Source of the DNA: Terriglobia bacterium
Lineage (GTDB): Bacteria > Acidobacteriota > Terriglobia > 20CM-2-55-15
Assembly: GCA_965198225.1 (NCBI GenBank)
Contig: CBDAOY010000008.1
Location: 1,120,001 to 1,184,000 of the forward strand
Length of the DNA stretch: 64,000 nt
Direction of reading: 5' to 3'
A model generated the notes under the pieces. The model was not told the origin of the DNA and searched no databases. It worked only from the letters and a program-made list of their open reading frames with translations. The position numbers and the translations under genes are program-made. Of the stretch, positions 9,519-19,066 are shown piece after piece (the first letter of the stretch is position 1; every line of letters begins with the position of its first letter).

Positions 9519-10562
9519 TCAAGGCTGGACGAACGCGCCTTTCGGGATGGTCCCCAGGCTGCGGGCGACGGCCGTGCGACCGTATGCGTTCGAAATCCAG
9601 TTCTCAAATAAGGCAGGAATTCCGCTGGACTGACCTGGATCCGGGCCGCTCATCGCGTGGAAGTGAAGGTGGGGCTCGATGGAGTCTCCCGAGTTGCCGA
9701 CCTCCCCGATGACGTCGCCGGCAGAAACACTGTCTCCGACACCGACCTTCATCCCGCTGGGCGTCATGTGGGCGTAATAGGTGTATTGTTCGTCGTCATG
9801 CCGGATGACGATTGCGTTGCCGCCCGGAGTCGCGGGCATGGCCTGACCGGGAACGTTCTCGGGAACGTTGTTCCGCATATAGACGACTTCCCCGTCCCCG
9901 GCTGCCAGAACCGGCTCGCGGTAGGCGTAGTACTCGCTGTTGCGGGAGCCGTTTCCCTGGTAGCTCTTCCCGCCTGACCCGATCACCAGGAAATCGTAGG
10001 CGAACGCTTCGGGCACGAAGCGTTTGTGGGAATCGAGGAACCCGTGCTCTTCCGCCACGTACCATGTCCCGTTGAACGGCAGCCGGCCGACGAATCCCTC
10101 CGAGGAACGAACCGGCGCCGATATTTTCTCCACTTCAGCCGTCTCTCCCGCGGCAAACTCGCTCTCGACGATCAGGGTCTGCCCAATCAGACCCGCAGGC
10201 AGGTCCAGAAACACGTCGGACAAGGACTTCCTCTGGTCTGCCTCCAGCACGAGGGTCCCCGAGGGTGTCCGTTCTATCCGGCGGCGTTCCATGGCGTTGT
10301 CGAAAAGCGCGATCAAGGCGGGCCCGGAGAACTGTCCCGACACCACCCCGCCCGATGTCCCGACCAGATCGAAGCGGATCCACCGGATCTCGATCGGGCG
10401 AGCCGACACGTTGTGGAAGATGACGTGGAAGAAGACGCGGTTGACCGGCACGATTCCGCCACCGAGTTCTTCGACGTGGATCGCGTCGGGCCGAACGATG
10501 ATGTCCAGGTCCTGGGCGAAGCCGGAAACAGCGAGTAGCAGGATCAGTATCGATACACGCAT
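9519..10562 (-). CDS. Secreted M23-family metallopeptidase
   Basis: Signal peptide, then H....AYDF, GGNAIVIRH, YAHM and GNSGDS.EPHLHF motifs. Confidence 0.88.
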   Translation of the reverse strand: MRVSILILLLAVSGFAQDLDIIVRPDAIHVEELGGGIVPVNRVFFHVIFHNVSARPIEIRWIRFDLVGTSGGVVSGQFSGPALIALFDNAMERRRIERTPSGTLVLEADQRKSLSDVFLDLPAGLIGQTLIVESEFAAGETAEVEKISAPVRSSEGFVGRLPFNGTWYVAEEHGFLDSHKRFVPEAFAYDFLVIGSGGKSYQGNGSRNSEYYAYREPVLAAGDGEVVYMRNNVPENVPGQAMPATPGGNAIVIRHDDEQYTYYAHMTPSGMKVGVGDSVSAGDVIGEVGNSGDSIEPHLHFHAMSGPDPGQSSGIPALFENWISNAYGRTAVARSLGTIPKGAFVQP

Positions 10563-10731
10563 TGCGACTTGAGGCTAAGACATAGAAGTGATAAAAATCA
10601 ACCGTTTCACAGAACCAGCAGCCAGTTCGCCTACCGTGACACAACCGTCGACCGCGCGTCGCGGACGACAAAACGTGTCGCTGACGATCATGCCCGGCGG
10701 CCTGCGATACTTTCGACGGTCAGTGGGAGCG

Positions 10732-12423
10732 ATGATGAATGAAGATCGTTTGCGAAGACTTCTGAAAAAGCGGGGAGTCCTCTACCCCGTCAACCATCCG
10801 CTTCCGAGCCAGACCCGAACCCGACAGATCGGTCGAAGAGAGTTCGTCAAGATGACCGGCGCCGCCGGCGCCGTCCTCGCTGTCGGACCCGGTAGCTTCG
10901 GGTGCCACCCGTCCACGCCGCCGGTAAGCGGAAGCGGACCGGCTCCGGACGCCGCGGAGCGAGATCTAGCGCTGCTCGCGCTCGACGAGGCGCGATCGGC
11001 CGGCGCCGGCTATGTCGATGTCCGCATCTCCCGGCACCGGAACGAATCTGTCAGTACGCGCGAACAACGGATCACGAACGTCAGCAAGAGCGATTCCTAC
11101 GGAATCGGTGTTCGGGCGCTCGTCGGAGGATCCTGGGGATTCTCCGCAACACGGGATCTCAGTCGTGACGCCGTGACGGCAGCGGCCCGGGAAGCGGCTT
11201 CCATCGCCGCGTCGAACGATCGGATCGCTCCAGCAAGAACATTGCTCGCTCCCGTGGATCCGGTTCCCGACGGCCGGTGGGTCACGCCGCATGAGATCGA
11301 TCCGTTCGATGTCCCGATCGAAGAAAAGGCCAACCTGCTCTTCAGCGCGAATGCAGCAGCCATGAGCGTCGATGGCGTCGGTTTTGTCTCCTCCAACATC
11401 GGCTCGGTGAAGGAAAGTCGCCTTGTCGCGACAAGCGAAGGGTCCGTCATCCAGCAAACCTTCATCCGGATGAACCCGAGCATGAACATCACCGCCGTCT
11501 CATCGGATCGCTCCGACTTTCAAAGCCGCGGGCGCGTGGTGGAACCGGGTGGGCGCGGCTGGGAGTACGTGACGGGAATCGACTTACCCGGTAATGCCCC
11601 GCGTTGGGCCGAGGAAGCCGTCATGAAGTTGACCGCACCTTCGGTCGAACCCGGAACCTGGGACCTGATTCTGCACCCGTCGAACTTGTGGCTGACGATT
11701 CACGAATCGATCGCGCACCCGACGGAACTGGATCGGACCCTGGGTTACGAGGCCAACTATGCCGGCACGTCGTTCATCTTCCCGCCCGAAGAAGCGCTCA
11801 ACAACCTCCGGTTGGGCCAGGACTTCGTGACGTTTATGGGAAACCGGACCGAGGAGGGCGGATGCGCAACCGTCGGTTGGGACGACGAGGGCGTTCCGGC
11901 TACCTCGTGGCCCATCATCGACAAGGGCATCTTCGTCAACTACCAGACAACGCGAGAGCAGGCCGGGTGGATCGCCGAACAGACCGGCATCACCCAAAGC
12001 CTGGGGTGCGCTTACGGAATGAACTGGTCGAGCATTCCGTTCCAGAGGATGCCAAACGTCAGCCTGATGCCGGGAGAACAGGACCTGAGTGAAGACGACA
12101 TCATCGCCGCCACTGATCGCGGCATCATGGTCGAGGGGAGGGGATCCTACTCGATCGATCAGCAGCGGTACAACTTCCAGTTTGCCGGGCAGGTGTTCTG
12201 GGAGATTCGGAACGGCAAGAAGTACCAGATGCTCCGGGACGTCGCCTACCAGGGCCGGACGCCCGAGTTCTGGAACTCGATGTCCCTGATCGGCGGCCCG
12301 AGCACCTACTACCTTGGTACTTCCTTCGGCGATGCCAAGGGCCAGCCCGGTCAGTCCAACGCCGTCTCACACGGATGCCCCATCGCGCTGTTCCGCGACG
12401 TCAACATTCTCAACACCGCATAG
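10732..12423 (+). CDS. tldD: TldD-family metalloprotease subunit with a twin-arginine (lipoprotein-like) signal
   Basis: HESIAH zinc motif, DDEG, RMPN, C-terminal SHGCP. N-terminal RREFVK..hydrophobic..SFGC. GGGAG RBS precedes 10732. Confidence 0.85.
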   Translation: MMNEDRLRRLLKKRGVLYPVNHPLPSQTRTRQIGRREFVKMTGAAGAVLAVGPGSFGCHPSTPPVSGSGPAPDAAERDLALLALDEARSAGAGYVDVRISRHRNESVSTREQRITNVSKSDSYGIGVRALVGGSWGFSATRDLSRDAVTAAAREAASIAASNDRIAPARTLLAPVDPVPDGRWVTPHEIDPFDVPIEEKANLLFSANAAAMSVDGVGFVSSNIGSVKESRLVATSEGSVIQQTFIRMNPSMNITAVSSDRSDFQSRGRVVEPGGRGWEYVTGIDLPGNAPRWAEEAVMKLTAPSVEPGTWDLILHPSNLWLTIHESIAHPTELDRTLGYEANYAGTSFIFPPEEALNNLRLGQDFVTFMGNRTEEGGCATVGWDDEGVPATSWPIIDKGIFVNYQTTREQAGWIAEQTGITQSLGCAYGMNWSSIPFQRMPNVSLMPGEQDLSEDDIIAATDRGIMVEGRGSYSIDQQRYNFQFAGQVFWEIRNGKKYQMLRDVAYQGRTPEFWNSMSLIGGPSTYYLGTSFGDAKGQPGQSNAVSHGCPIALFRDVNILNTA

Positions 12424-12598
12424 CCCGGATTATTCATGGATTGTCTACTGCAGCGGCGGATACACTCGCAGATACGGCGTTGCGCTAACGGGTCGGCCTC
12501 GGCATTCGATCCAGACACGCCGTCCTCGCGCGCCTTGTCTCTGCGGCGTCTCCACCGCTTCGCGACGATTGGGCGGAACCACGAATAATCCGGGCTAG
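12421..12598. mobile_element. ~178-bp MITE-like element between tldD and tldE
   Basis: Terminal inverted repeats TAGCCCGGATTATTCATGG / CCACGAATAATCCGGGCTA and an imperfect internal fold-back. The left end includes the tldD TAG stop. Confidence 0.7.
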
Positions 12599-12607
12599 GG
12601 AGAAGAC

Positions 12608-13996
12608 ATGAGCCGATTCCAGTCTGAAGGGTCCGCTCGCCACGGACTGTCCGCCGACAAAGCGCGGGAGCTGTGCGAACTCGTTCTCAGCCTCTCCGGG
12701 GCGGATCACGCACGCGTGAACCTGAACTCAGGCTGGCGAGGCTTCACACGGACCGCCATGAACCGCATCACGACGGCCGGGGGCACCAGGGACACCACGG
12801 TTCAGGTCACAAGTGTTTTCGGGAAGCGTGTGGCGCGCGTGACCACGAACAACCTCGAGAGAAGCGGGCTGGAACAGGCCGTTAAAGAGTCCGAAGCTTT
12901 GGCAAGGATCTCGCCCGAGGATCCCGAGTACCTGCCCGAACTCGAACAGCAGGAATACGTCGAGGTGGAGGGATACTACCCGGCGACGGGCGACCTGGCT
13001 CCCGAGACGCGGGCAACGTCGATGGCCCTGGCGCTGGACGCAGCGAAAGGGTCCAACACGATCGCGGCCGGGTTCATCGCGGCCGGGTTCATGGACGTCC
13101 GCGCCGGCGCCCGTGCCGTCGCCACGTCAAACGGGCTCTTCGCCTACCACGCGTCGACCGGCGTGGCTTCGACCCTCACCGTGCGCACGCCGGACGGACA
13201 ATCCTCCGGCTGGGCCGGCGACGAAGCAGCCGATTGGACGTCGATCGAATCGGAGCGGGTTGCCGAAGACGCCGTGCGGAAATGCCTGGACTGGCGCGGC
13301 AAAACGTCGCTCGAACCGGGGGAGTACGATGTCGTCCTCGAACCGACCGCCGTGGGAATGTTGATGCGAAACATGCGGAACGTCTTCAATGCCCGGACGG
13401 CCGACGAGGGTCGTTCCTATTTCTCCAAGCGCGGAGGCGGCACGCGACTGGGCGAGAGGGTCTTCGATACGAAAGTCACGATCCAGAGCAGTCCCAAAGC
13501 TCAGGACGCCGAGACCAGCCCGTTCACCGGCGACGGTGCCCCGGTTCGACCCGAAGTGTGGGTCGACAACGGCACTCTGCGGGCGCTCTCCTACAGCCGC
13601 TCGTGGGCCGACCGGCAGGGTGTCGAGCCCAGAGCGACACCGCAGAATCTGATCATGTCGGGCGGCGATGCGACCGTCGAGGAAATGATCGCGTCGATCC
13701 GACGCGGGGTCCTGATCACACGTTTCTGGTACATCCGGGGCCTGAACCCAAGGACCATTTCCTACACCGGGTTGACTCGGGACGGCACGTTCCTGATCGA
13801 GAACGGAAGGATCAGCCGGCCGGTCACGAACTTCCGCTTCAACCAATCGATGGTGTCGCTGCTCCAGAACGTCGAGATGTTTGGTAGACCGACCCGGGTG
13901 GCCGCGAGCGAAAACAGCTCCGTTTCGGCACCGATCGTCGTCCCCGCGCTGAAGGTTCGCGGATTCAACCTGGCCAGCGTGAGCGACGCAATCTAG
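12608..13996 (+). CDS. TldE/PmbA-family partner subunit
   Basis: LEPGEYDVVLEP, TGLTRDGTFLIENG.I..PV.NFRFN. No HExxxH. Contains a 15-bp tandem duplication at 13061-13090 (IAAGF x2). Confidence 0.85.
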   Translation: MSRFQSEGSARHGLSADKARELCELVLSLSGADHARVNLNSGWRGFTRTAMNRITTAGGTRDTTVQVTSVFGKRVARVTTNNLERSGLEQAVKESEALARISPEDPEYLPELEQQEYVEVEGYYPATGDLAPETRATSMALALDAAKGSNTIAAGFIAAGFMDVRAGARAVATSNGLFAYHASTGVASTLTVRTPDGQSSGWAGDEAADWTSIESERVAEDAVRKCLDWRGKTSLEPGEYDVVLEPTAVGMLMRNMRNVFNARTADEGRSYFSKRGGGTRLGERVFDTKVTIQSSPKAQDAETSPFTGDGAPVRPEVWVDNGTLRALSYSRSWADRQGVEPRATPQNLIMSGGDATVEEMIASIRRGVLITRFWYIRGLNPRTISYTGLTRDGTFLIENGRISRPVTNFRFNQSMVSLLQNVEMFGRPTRVAASENSSVSAPIVVPALKVRGFNLASVSDAI

Positions 13997-14066
13997 GGGG
14001 CAGAGCCCCCATTAACCTGATTCGTTATTCAGCTATCCCAGTCTTGACGACGTAACTCTGGCTCGG

Positions 14067-15305
14067 CTAGAAGCGCCCGGGATCGAACGCTCTCAAATCC
14101 TCCTCCGAGCGCCCTTCGACAACGAGTTCCGCCAACGCTGAACCCGTGCTGAGCGCCAGCGTGACCCCCAACATCGCGTGTCCCGTGGCCACATACACGT
14201 TCGAACGACCAGGCAGCCGACCGATGACCGGCAATCCATCCGGAGTGATCGGCCGCATCCCGACCCAGTCGGTGCGGCGTGTCCCCTCCAGGGCGCGCGG
14301 CACGTAGCGTCCGACCGATCGCTCCAGCGTCGCTATGCGCCTTCGATCGAATGTCTGGTTGACACCGGAGAGTTCCATCGTGCCCGCAATTCGAGAGGCC
14401 CCCTGATACGGCGTGCATCCCATCTTCGCCTCGGCCAGGTAGAGCGGGTGCCGTAGTGGAACGGCCGGGTCGCGGACCGTAATGCTATAGCCTTTGCCCG
14501 CCTGCACGGGGAGGCGGTAACCGCACCGCGCAGTAAGACGGCCGGACCAGGCTCCGGCGGCGATCACGAACGCGTCCGCCTCGATCCGGCCATCAGAGCT
14601 CACGAACGCCGCCACACGCTCGCCCGACCGCGTCACGTCCTGGATTTCGACGCCCTCACGAATTTCGATTCCGGCTTTTTTCACCCAAGCCTCCAGGCCG
14701 GCGCACAGAGTCTCCGGCCGGACGTGCCGGTCTCCTTCCAGGTGGACACCCCCGAACAAATCGTTCGTGACCCCCGGCTCGAATTCCTTGAGCTCGGCGC
14801 CCGACAGCGTCCTGGCGGGTTTGTATCCGTAGCGCTCCAGCGGGCGGAGTTCCTGAACCACCTCGTCTCGTGCCTCCTGGGTCCTGAACAGGTACAGCAA
14901 CCCCTTCTCGTCCATCTCGAACGCCACGCCGTCTTCGACAAGCTGATCGAGAAGCGGCATCGCGGTCTGGCCGAACGCGGCGATCGCGTGGAAGCCCGCT
15001 TCGTGATCCCTTGGATTACAGTGTCCTCGGAACTGCCACAGCCAGCCAAACAGCGACGGGATCGCGGCCGGTTTGATGTAGAGGGGGCTGTCGGATCGAA
15101 TCAGCCAGCGGAGGGACTTCAGAGTCAGTCCGGGAGCCGGTACGGGCCCGGCATGAGACGGAACGATCCATCCGAGGTTCCCTGCAGAACAGGCAGCGCC
15201 GACCCTGCCCTTGTCGATGACGACTACATCGGCACCGCGCCTCCGCAGGCAGTATGCGGCTGCGAGCCCGATGACTCCGCCACCGATGACTGCCACCCGG
15301 GACAT
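14067..15305 (-). CDS. FAD-dependent D-amino-acid dehydrogenase (DadA-like)
   Basis: VAVIGGGVIG FAD motif, CSAGNLG, GKGYS, W.GMRPITPDGLPVIG, TGH.MLG. Confidence 0.85.
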   Translation of the reverse strand: MSRVAVIGGGVIGLAAAYCLRRRGADVVVIDKGRVGAACSAGNLGWIVPSHAGPVPAPGLTLKSLRWLIRSDSPLYIKPAAIPSLFGWLWQFRGHCNPRDHEAGFHAIAAFGQTAMPLLDQLVEDGVAFEMDEKGLLYLFRTQEARDEVVQELRPLERYGYKPARTLSGAELKEFEPGVTNDLFGGVHLEGDRHVRPETLCAGLEAWVKKAGIEIREGVEIQDVTRSGERVAAFVSSDGRIEADAFVIAAGAWSGRLTARCGYRLPVQAGKGYSITVRDPAVPLRHPLYLAEAKMGCTPYQGASRIAGTMELSGVNQTFDRRRIATLERSVGRYVPRALEGTRRTDWVGMRPITPDGLPVIGRLPGRSNVYVATGHAMLGVTLALSTGSALAELVVEGRSEEDLRAFDPGRF

Positions 15306-15306
15306 G

Positions 15307-16440
15307 CTAAGGGCCGGCCTTTACCGTGGCGCTCCGACGCTCGTCGTTCGTCGCCCGTTGCTCCCGGCACACCTTCCAGACACCCCAGGTCAGCACCGGA
15401 ATGACGAAGATCGCCAGAAACACCCATGCCATCGCACCGTAGCCGCGGGCGATCAGGTCGATGAGCCCGACGCGAGCCATCAGCGCGGCGAAGGCCAGAA
15501 GCGCGACGGCGCTGACCGAGCGCATTGATCGCGGTAGTTCGCGCCCCTTCTCTTCGAAGCTGCGGGCCAGCCGTTCATTCACGGCGTGAATCATCGCGGT
15601 GCCCGTCTCGATCAGGGTTCCGAAGAGGGCGATTCCAAAAATCACCGAAAGGGTGTTGGATCCGATGAGTTCCAGCAGGAAAGTCACCGGAACCGCGCGA
15701 TCGAGCACCGCGGGATACTGTCCGATCATGGCAATGTAGAACAGGACTGCGGGAATGATCGCTATTGGGCCGGCCAGGATGCCCGCGATGACGGTGTCGC
15801 GCCGCGAGGTCGCGTGGCGAAGCGTAAACAGAACCGACGCGATGACCGCCAGGCTGTACCCCGCATACTGCACACCGCCGATCCACCACCCCCGCTTGAT
15901 CTCTCCGGTCGCGAGAACGGCACGGATGTCGCCGCCGAACGTCGCGAACGCCCATACGAACATGACGATGTAAACCGCGTACAGCAGGAACGACCAGCCG
16001 GCCAGAAACTTCTCGATCGATCCACTTCCGAGGCAAACCAGCAGACCTACTGCGGCCATCATACCGAGTGCCCCTACAGCGTACGGAAGTCCCATACCGT
16101 CTTGAAGCATCGTTCCGGCCGTCGCACCGATCACGGCCAGGACGATGAGCATCAGGAGGATGTAGGCTACTTCGAAAAGGATCCATCCCGGCCCGAGGAG
16201 TTTCAGGAAGAAGGTCCTGTAGTCGAAGACGCGAAAAACGCGGGCGAACTCGAAGCTGGCCACGTTCACCACGCTCCAGATCGCGGTGGTGACGAAGACC
16301 ATGCTGAGCAGCCCGCCCAGCGGCCCGTAGGCCATGAAGAACTCGACGAGTTCCCGCCCTGTTCCGTACCCGCCGGCGATGATGACGGACTGAAACACGA
16401 AGCCCGGAAGCAGGTAGCGCTGGAACCAGCTGGATTTCAT
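15307..16440 (-). CDS. YkvI-like multi-pass membrane protein (probable amino-acid/peptide permease)
   Basis: FQSVIIAGGYGTGRELVEFF motif and about 10 TM helices. An alternative GTG start at 16455 overlaps the MITE end. Confidence 0.75.
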   Translation of the reverse strand: MKSSWFQRYLLPGFVFQSVIIAGGYGTGRELVEFFMAYGPLGGLLSMVFVTTAIWSVVNVASFEFARVFRVFDYRTFFLKLLGPGWILFEVAYILLMLIVLAVIGATAGTMLQDGMGLPYAVGALGMMAAVGLLVCLGSGSIEKFLAGWSFLLYAVYIVMFVWAFATFGGDIRAVLATGEIKRGWWIGGVQYAGYSLAVIASVLFTLRHATSRRDTVIAGILAGPIAIIPAVLFYIAMIGQYPAVLDRAVPVTFLLELIGSNTLSVIFGIALFGTLIETGTAMIHAVNERLARSFEEKGRELPRSMRSVSAVALLAFAALMARVGLIDLIARGYGAMAWVFLAIFVIPVLTWGVWKVCREQRATNDERRSATVKAGP

Positions 16441-16454
16441 CGGCGGATCCGACA

Positions 16455-16732
16455 CTAGTGGCCTGTAACGGAGATATCGGCACTATCGCCGATGGGTCTT
16501 GCCAGTCGAGGTCGAGGAGAGAGGAGGAATTGATGCGGTTTCATCATGACGACGAACGACAAAGAGATCGACGGCAACCCCCATCGGCCCGGAGGGTTGC
16601 GGCGGAACGGCACCGTCTTCGTTGCCGCTACCATTTCTTTGTAAGACCCGCTTCTCACGGGTTGTCGGCTCCTAGAATCCGGTGCCGTTCCACCGCAACG
16701 CTGGTACCGATATCTCCGTTGCAGGCCACTAG
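16455..16732. mobile_element. 278-bp CTAG-bounded MITE (family A, copy 1)
   Basis: TIR CTAGTGGCCTGTAACGGAGATATCGG / CCGATATCTCCGTTGCAGGCCACTAG. Core shared with 20606-21147 and 59489-59763. Confidence 0.85.
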
Positions 16733-16733
16733 A

Positions 16734-17900
16734 TCACGAGCCCCAGACCTGCCGGAACACGCGCAGCCAGTTCTCGCCCAGCATCTTGTCCAACTCGACT
16801 TCCGTCCAGCCGCGGCCCCGGAGTCCTTCGATCAGGTTGGGCAGTTCGGAGATATCCGCATAACCCTCGACCGTCTGCCCGACGCCCTTGTCCTTGGAAT
16901 CCGGCGGAAAGGCGACGGAGTCTTCCGGCTCCATGGGCAAAGTTTCGGCCCAGCCCCAGATGAAATCCGGACCCAGGGCCAGATGGTCCACACCGACCAG
17001 TCGCTTTCCGTGATCGTAGTGATCCAACAACAGACCGAGCTTCGCGCGCGGGCTTCGTGGTCCGTGAACTTTCGCCGTTTCCGGATTGCGGACGAGAAAG
17101 TCGCTCATTGTCGTCAGACCGATCACTCCACCGGTCGCCGCGATCGCTTCAGCGAGGCGATCCGAGATGCAACGCATGTTGTTGTTCAGAGCGGCAAAAT
17201 TCGTGTGCGTGCAGACAGCGATCTCCCCGCCGGACACCTCGATCGCATCCAGGCTCGTACGCTCACCGGTATGACCACCCACATCGAGCACGATGTTGTG
17301 ACGGTGGATCTCCTCAACCAGGCGTCTCCCCGCCCGCGTGAGCGGGACTGCGTGGTCCAGGCACCCGCTGCCGAAGACGTTGTACGTGTTGTAGCAGATG
17401 CCTTGAATTCTCAAGCCGAGCGCTCTGTAGGTTTGAAGCCCGTCGGCAAGCAGACGCAGGCTACCCAGCGGTTGCCTCGCCATCACCAGATCCAGACCGT
17501 TGCTCGAGAACGGTCCTCCGGCCGCCTGGGCGCCAAGGACGAACGAGATCTTACCCTCACGATGAGCGCGACGTATTTCCTCAACAGTTCCCGCGATCAC
17601 GATCCTATCGCGACGGGCATCGACGAAACCGTGGAGTTCGGCAAATGTGTCCAGGCCTCCCATGCTCTTGTGGACGCAGTGCGCGCCCCCTTTGCGGATC
17701 AACTCCAGGTACTCGTCGTTGATGATCGACGTGTCGAGACCGTCGACCACGAGCCGGCCGGCTCCTGCCTGAGCCTCGGCTCTCGCAGGCCAGAGTCCAC
17801 GGATTCCGAGGAGTCCTGCCGCGGCCATCCCTGCTGCGCCTCCAAGGAACGAGCGACGCGTTACGCCTTTCTCCGTGTCGGTCGGATGCGATGTGTTCAT
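16734..17900 (-). CDS. Tat-exported M19 membrane (renal-type) dipeptidase
   Basis: TRRSFLGG Tat signal, then GLRIQGICYN, LTRAGRRLV, THTN, RCISD and VGVDHLALGPDF motifs. Confidence 0.85.
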   Translation of the reverse strand: MNTSHPTDTEKGVTRRSFLGGAAGMAAAGLLGIRGLWPARAEAQAGAGRLVVDGLDTSIINDEYLELIRKGGAHCVHKSMGGLDTFAELHGFVDARRDRIVIAGTVEEIRRAHREGKISFVLGAQAAGGPFSSNGLDLVMARQPLGSLRLLADGLQTYRALGLRIQGICYNTYNVFGSGCLDHAVPLTRAGRRLVEEIHRHNIVLDVGGHTGERTSLDAIEVSGGEIAVCTHTNFAALNNNMRCISDRLAEAIAATGGVIGLTTMSDFLVRNPETAKVHGPRSPRAKLGLLLDHYDHGKRLVGVDHLALGPDFIWGWAETLPMEPEDSVAFPPDSKDKGVGQTVEGYADISELPNLIEGLRGRGWTEVELDKMLGENWLRVFRQVWGS

Positions 17901-17925
17901 GAAACCCTCCGCTGAAGGATCGAAT

Positions 17926-17953
17926 AATAGGAACAATTTCGACTGCCCCTATT
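17926..17953. repeat. Degenerate AATAGGGACAGTC-type palindrome
   Basis: AATAGGAACAATT-TC-GACTGCCCCTATT, similar to the perfect copy at 19013. Confidence 0.55.
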
Positions 17954-17968
17954 CTATCTCCTGTTTTT

Positions 17969-18976
17969 TCAAGTACTTACTGCGCGGACCGTCGGTTGGT
18001 CGTGCCCCAGGATTGGGTGAGGCACGTAGGGCGCCTCCAGCCGCTCGATCTCTTCGCCGTTCAACTCCACATCCAAGGCCGCCACCGCGTCGTCGATGTA
18101 CTCCACCTTCGTCGTGCCGATGATCGGTGCCGTCACGGCCGGAACGGAGAGCAGCCAGGCAAAAGCGACCTGGGCCGGCTTGATTCCCTGCTGCCCGGCA
18201 ACCTCCAGGACTGCGTCGAGAACTTGGAAGTCTGTCTCCGCGAAGTACATGTCGTCCGCAAAACCGTCGGCCTTCGAGCGTGGGGTGTTTTGTTCCCCAC
18301 CCCGGCTTCGGCTGCCGGTGAGGAAACCCCGCGCGAGCGGGCTCCATGGAATGACCCCCACACCCTGGTCCATACACAGGGGAATCATCTCCCGTTCTTC
18401 TTCCCGGTAGACCAGGTTGTAGTGGTTCTGCATCGACACGAACCGATGCCAGCCGTGCTCACCCGCGACATACAACGCTCGCGAAAACTGCCAGGCCGCC
18501 ATGCTGCTCGCGCCCACGTACCGCACTTTTCCGGCCCGAACGAGTGAATCCAGCGCTTCGGTGACTTCCTCGACCGGGGAGTTCGGATCCCATCGGTGGA
18601 TCTGGTACAGGTCGATGAAGTCGGTACCCAAGCGTTTGAGCGACGCATCACAAGCCTCGAGGACGTGCTTGCGTGACAGCCCGCTCCGATTGGGCCCTTC
18701 GTGGACCGGAAAGTGGACCTTCGAAGCCAGGACATAATCGTCACGCGAGGCCATTTCGCCCAGAGCGCGTCCCGTGACTTCCTCGCTGACACCCAGCGAG
18801 TACATGTCCGCGGTGTCGAAGAAATTGATGCCGTGCTCCAGAGCGCGTTCGAAATGCGGCCGGGCCGTTTCCTCGTCCAGAACCCAGGGTCGCCAGTTCG
18901 GGTCACCGTAAGACATACAACCGAGGCAGATTCGGGAGACTTCCAGTCCGGTGTTACCGAGTCGTGTGTATTTCAT
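17969..18976 (-). CDS. Aldo/keto reductase
   Basis: LGNTGLEVSRICLGCM, FFDTADMY, IDLYQIHRWD, WSPLARG. Confidence 0.95.
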   Translation of the reverse strand: MKYTRLGNTGLEVSRICLGCMSYGDPNWRPWVLDEETARPHFERALEHGINFFDTADMYSLGVSEEVTGRALGEMASRDDYVLASKVHFPVHEGPNRSGLSRKHVLEACDASLKRLGTDFIDLYQIHRWDPNSPVEEVTEALDSLVRAGKVRYVGASSMAAWQFSRALYVAGEHGWHRFVSMQNHYNLVYREEEREMIPLCMDQGVGVIPWSPLARGFLTGSRSRGGEQNTPRSKADGFADDMYFAETDFQVLDAVLEVAGQQGIKPAQVAFAWLLSVPAVTAPIIGTTKVEYIDDAVAALDVELNGEEIERLEAPYVPHPILGHDQPTVRAVST

Positions 18977-19012
18977 AGCTCTGACATCCTAAACGAAACC
19001 GCAGGTCTGGAA

Positions 19013-19042
19013 AAATAGGGACAGTCTCGACTGTCCCTATTT
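19013..19042. repeat. Perfect 14-bp palindrome (REP-like or operator)
   Basis: AAATAGGGACAGTC-TC-GACTGTCCCTATTT in a divergent intergenic region. Confidence 0.75.
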
Positions 19043-19066
19043 CTTATCCGTTAGAATGAAGGAGCC

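Noticed and set aside
16458-17915. 485-aa plus-strand ORF
   Set aside because: Antisense shadow of the dipeptidase, extended through a MITE, with no recognisable motifs.
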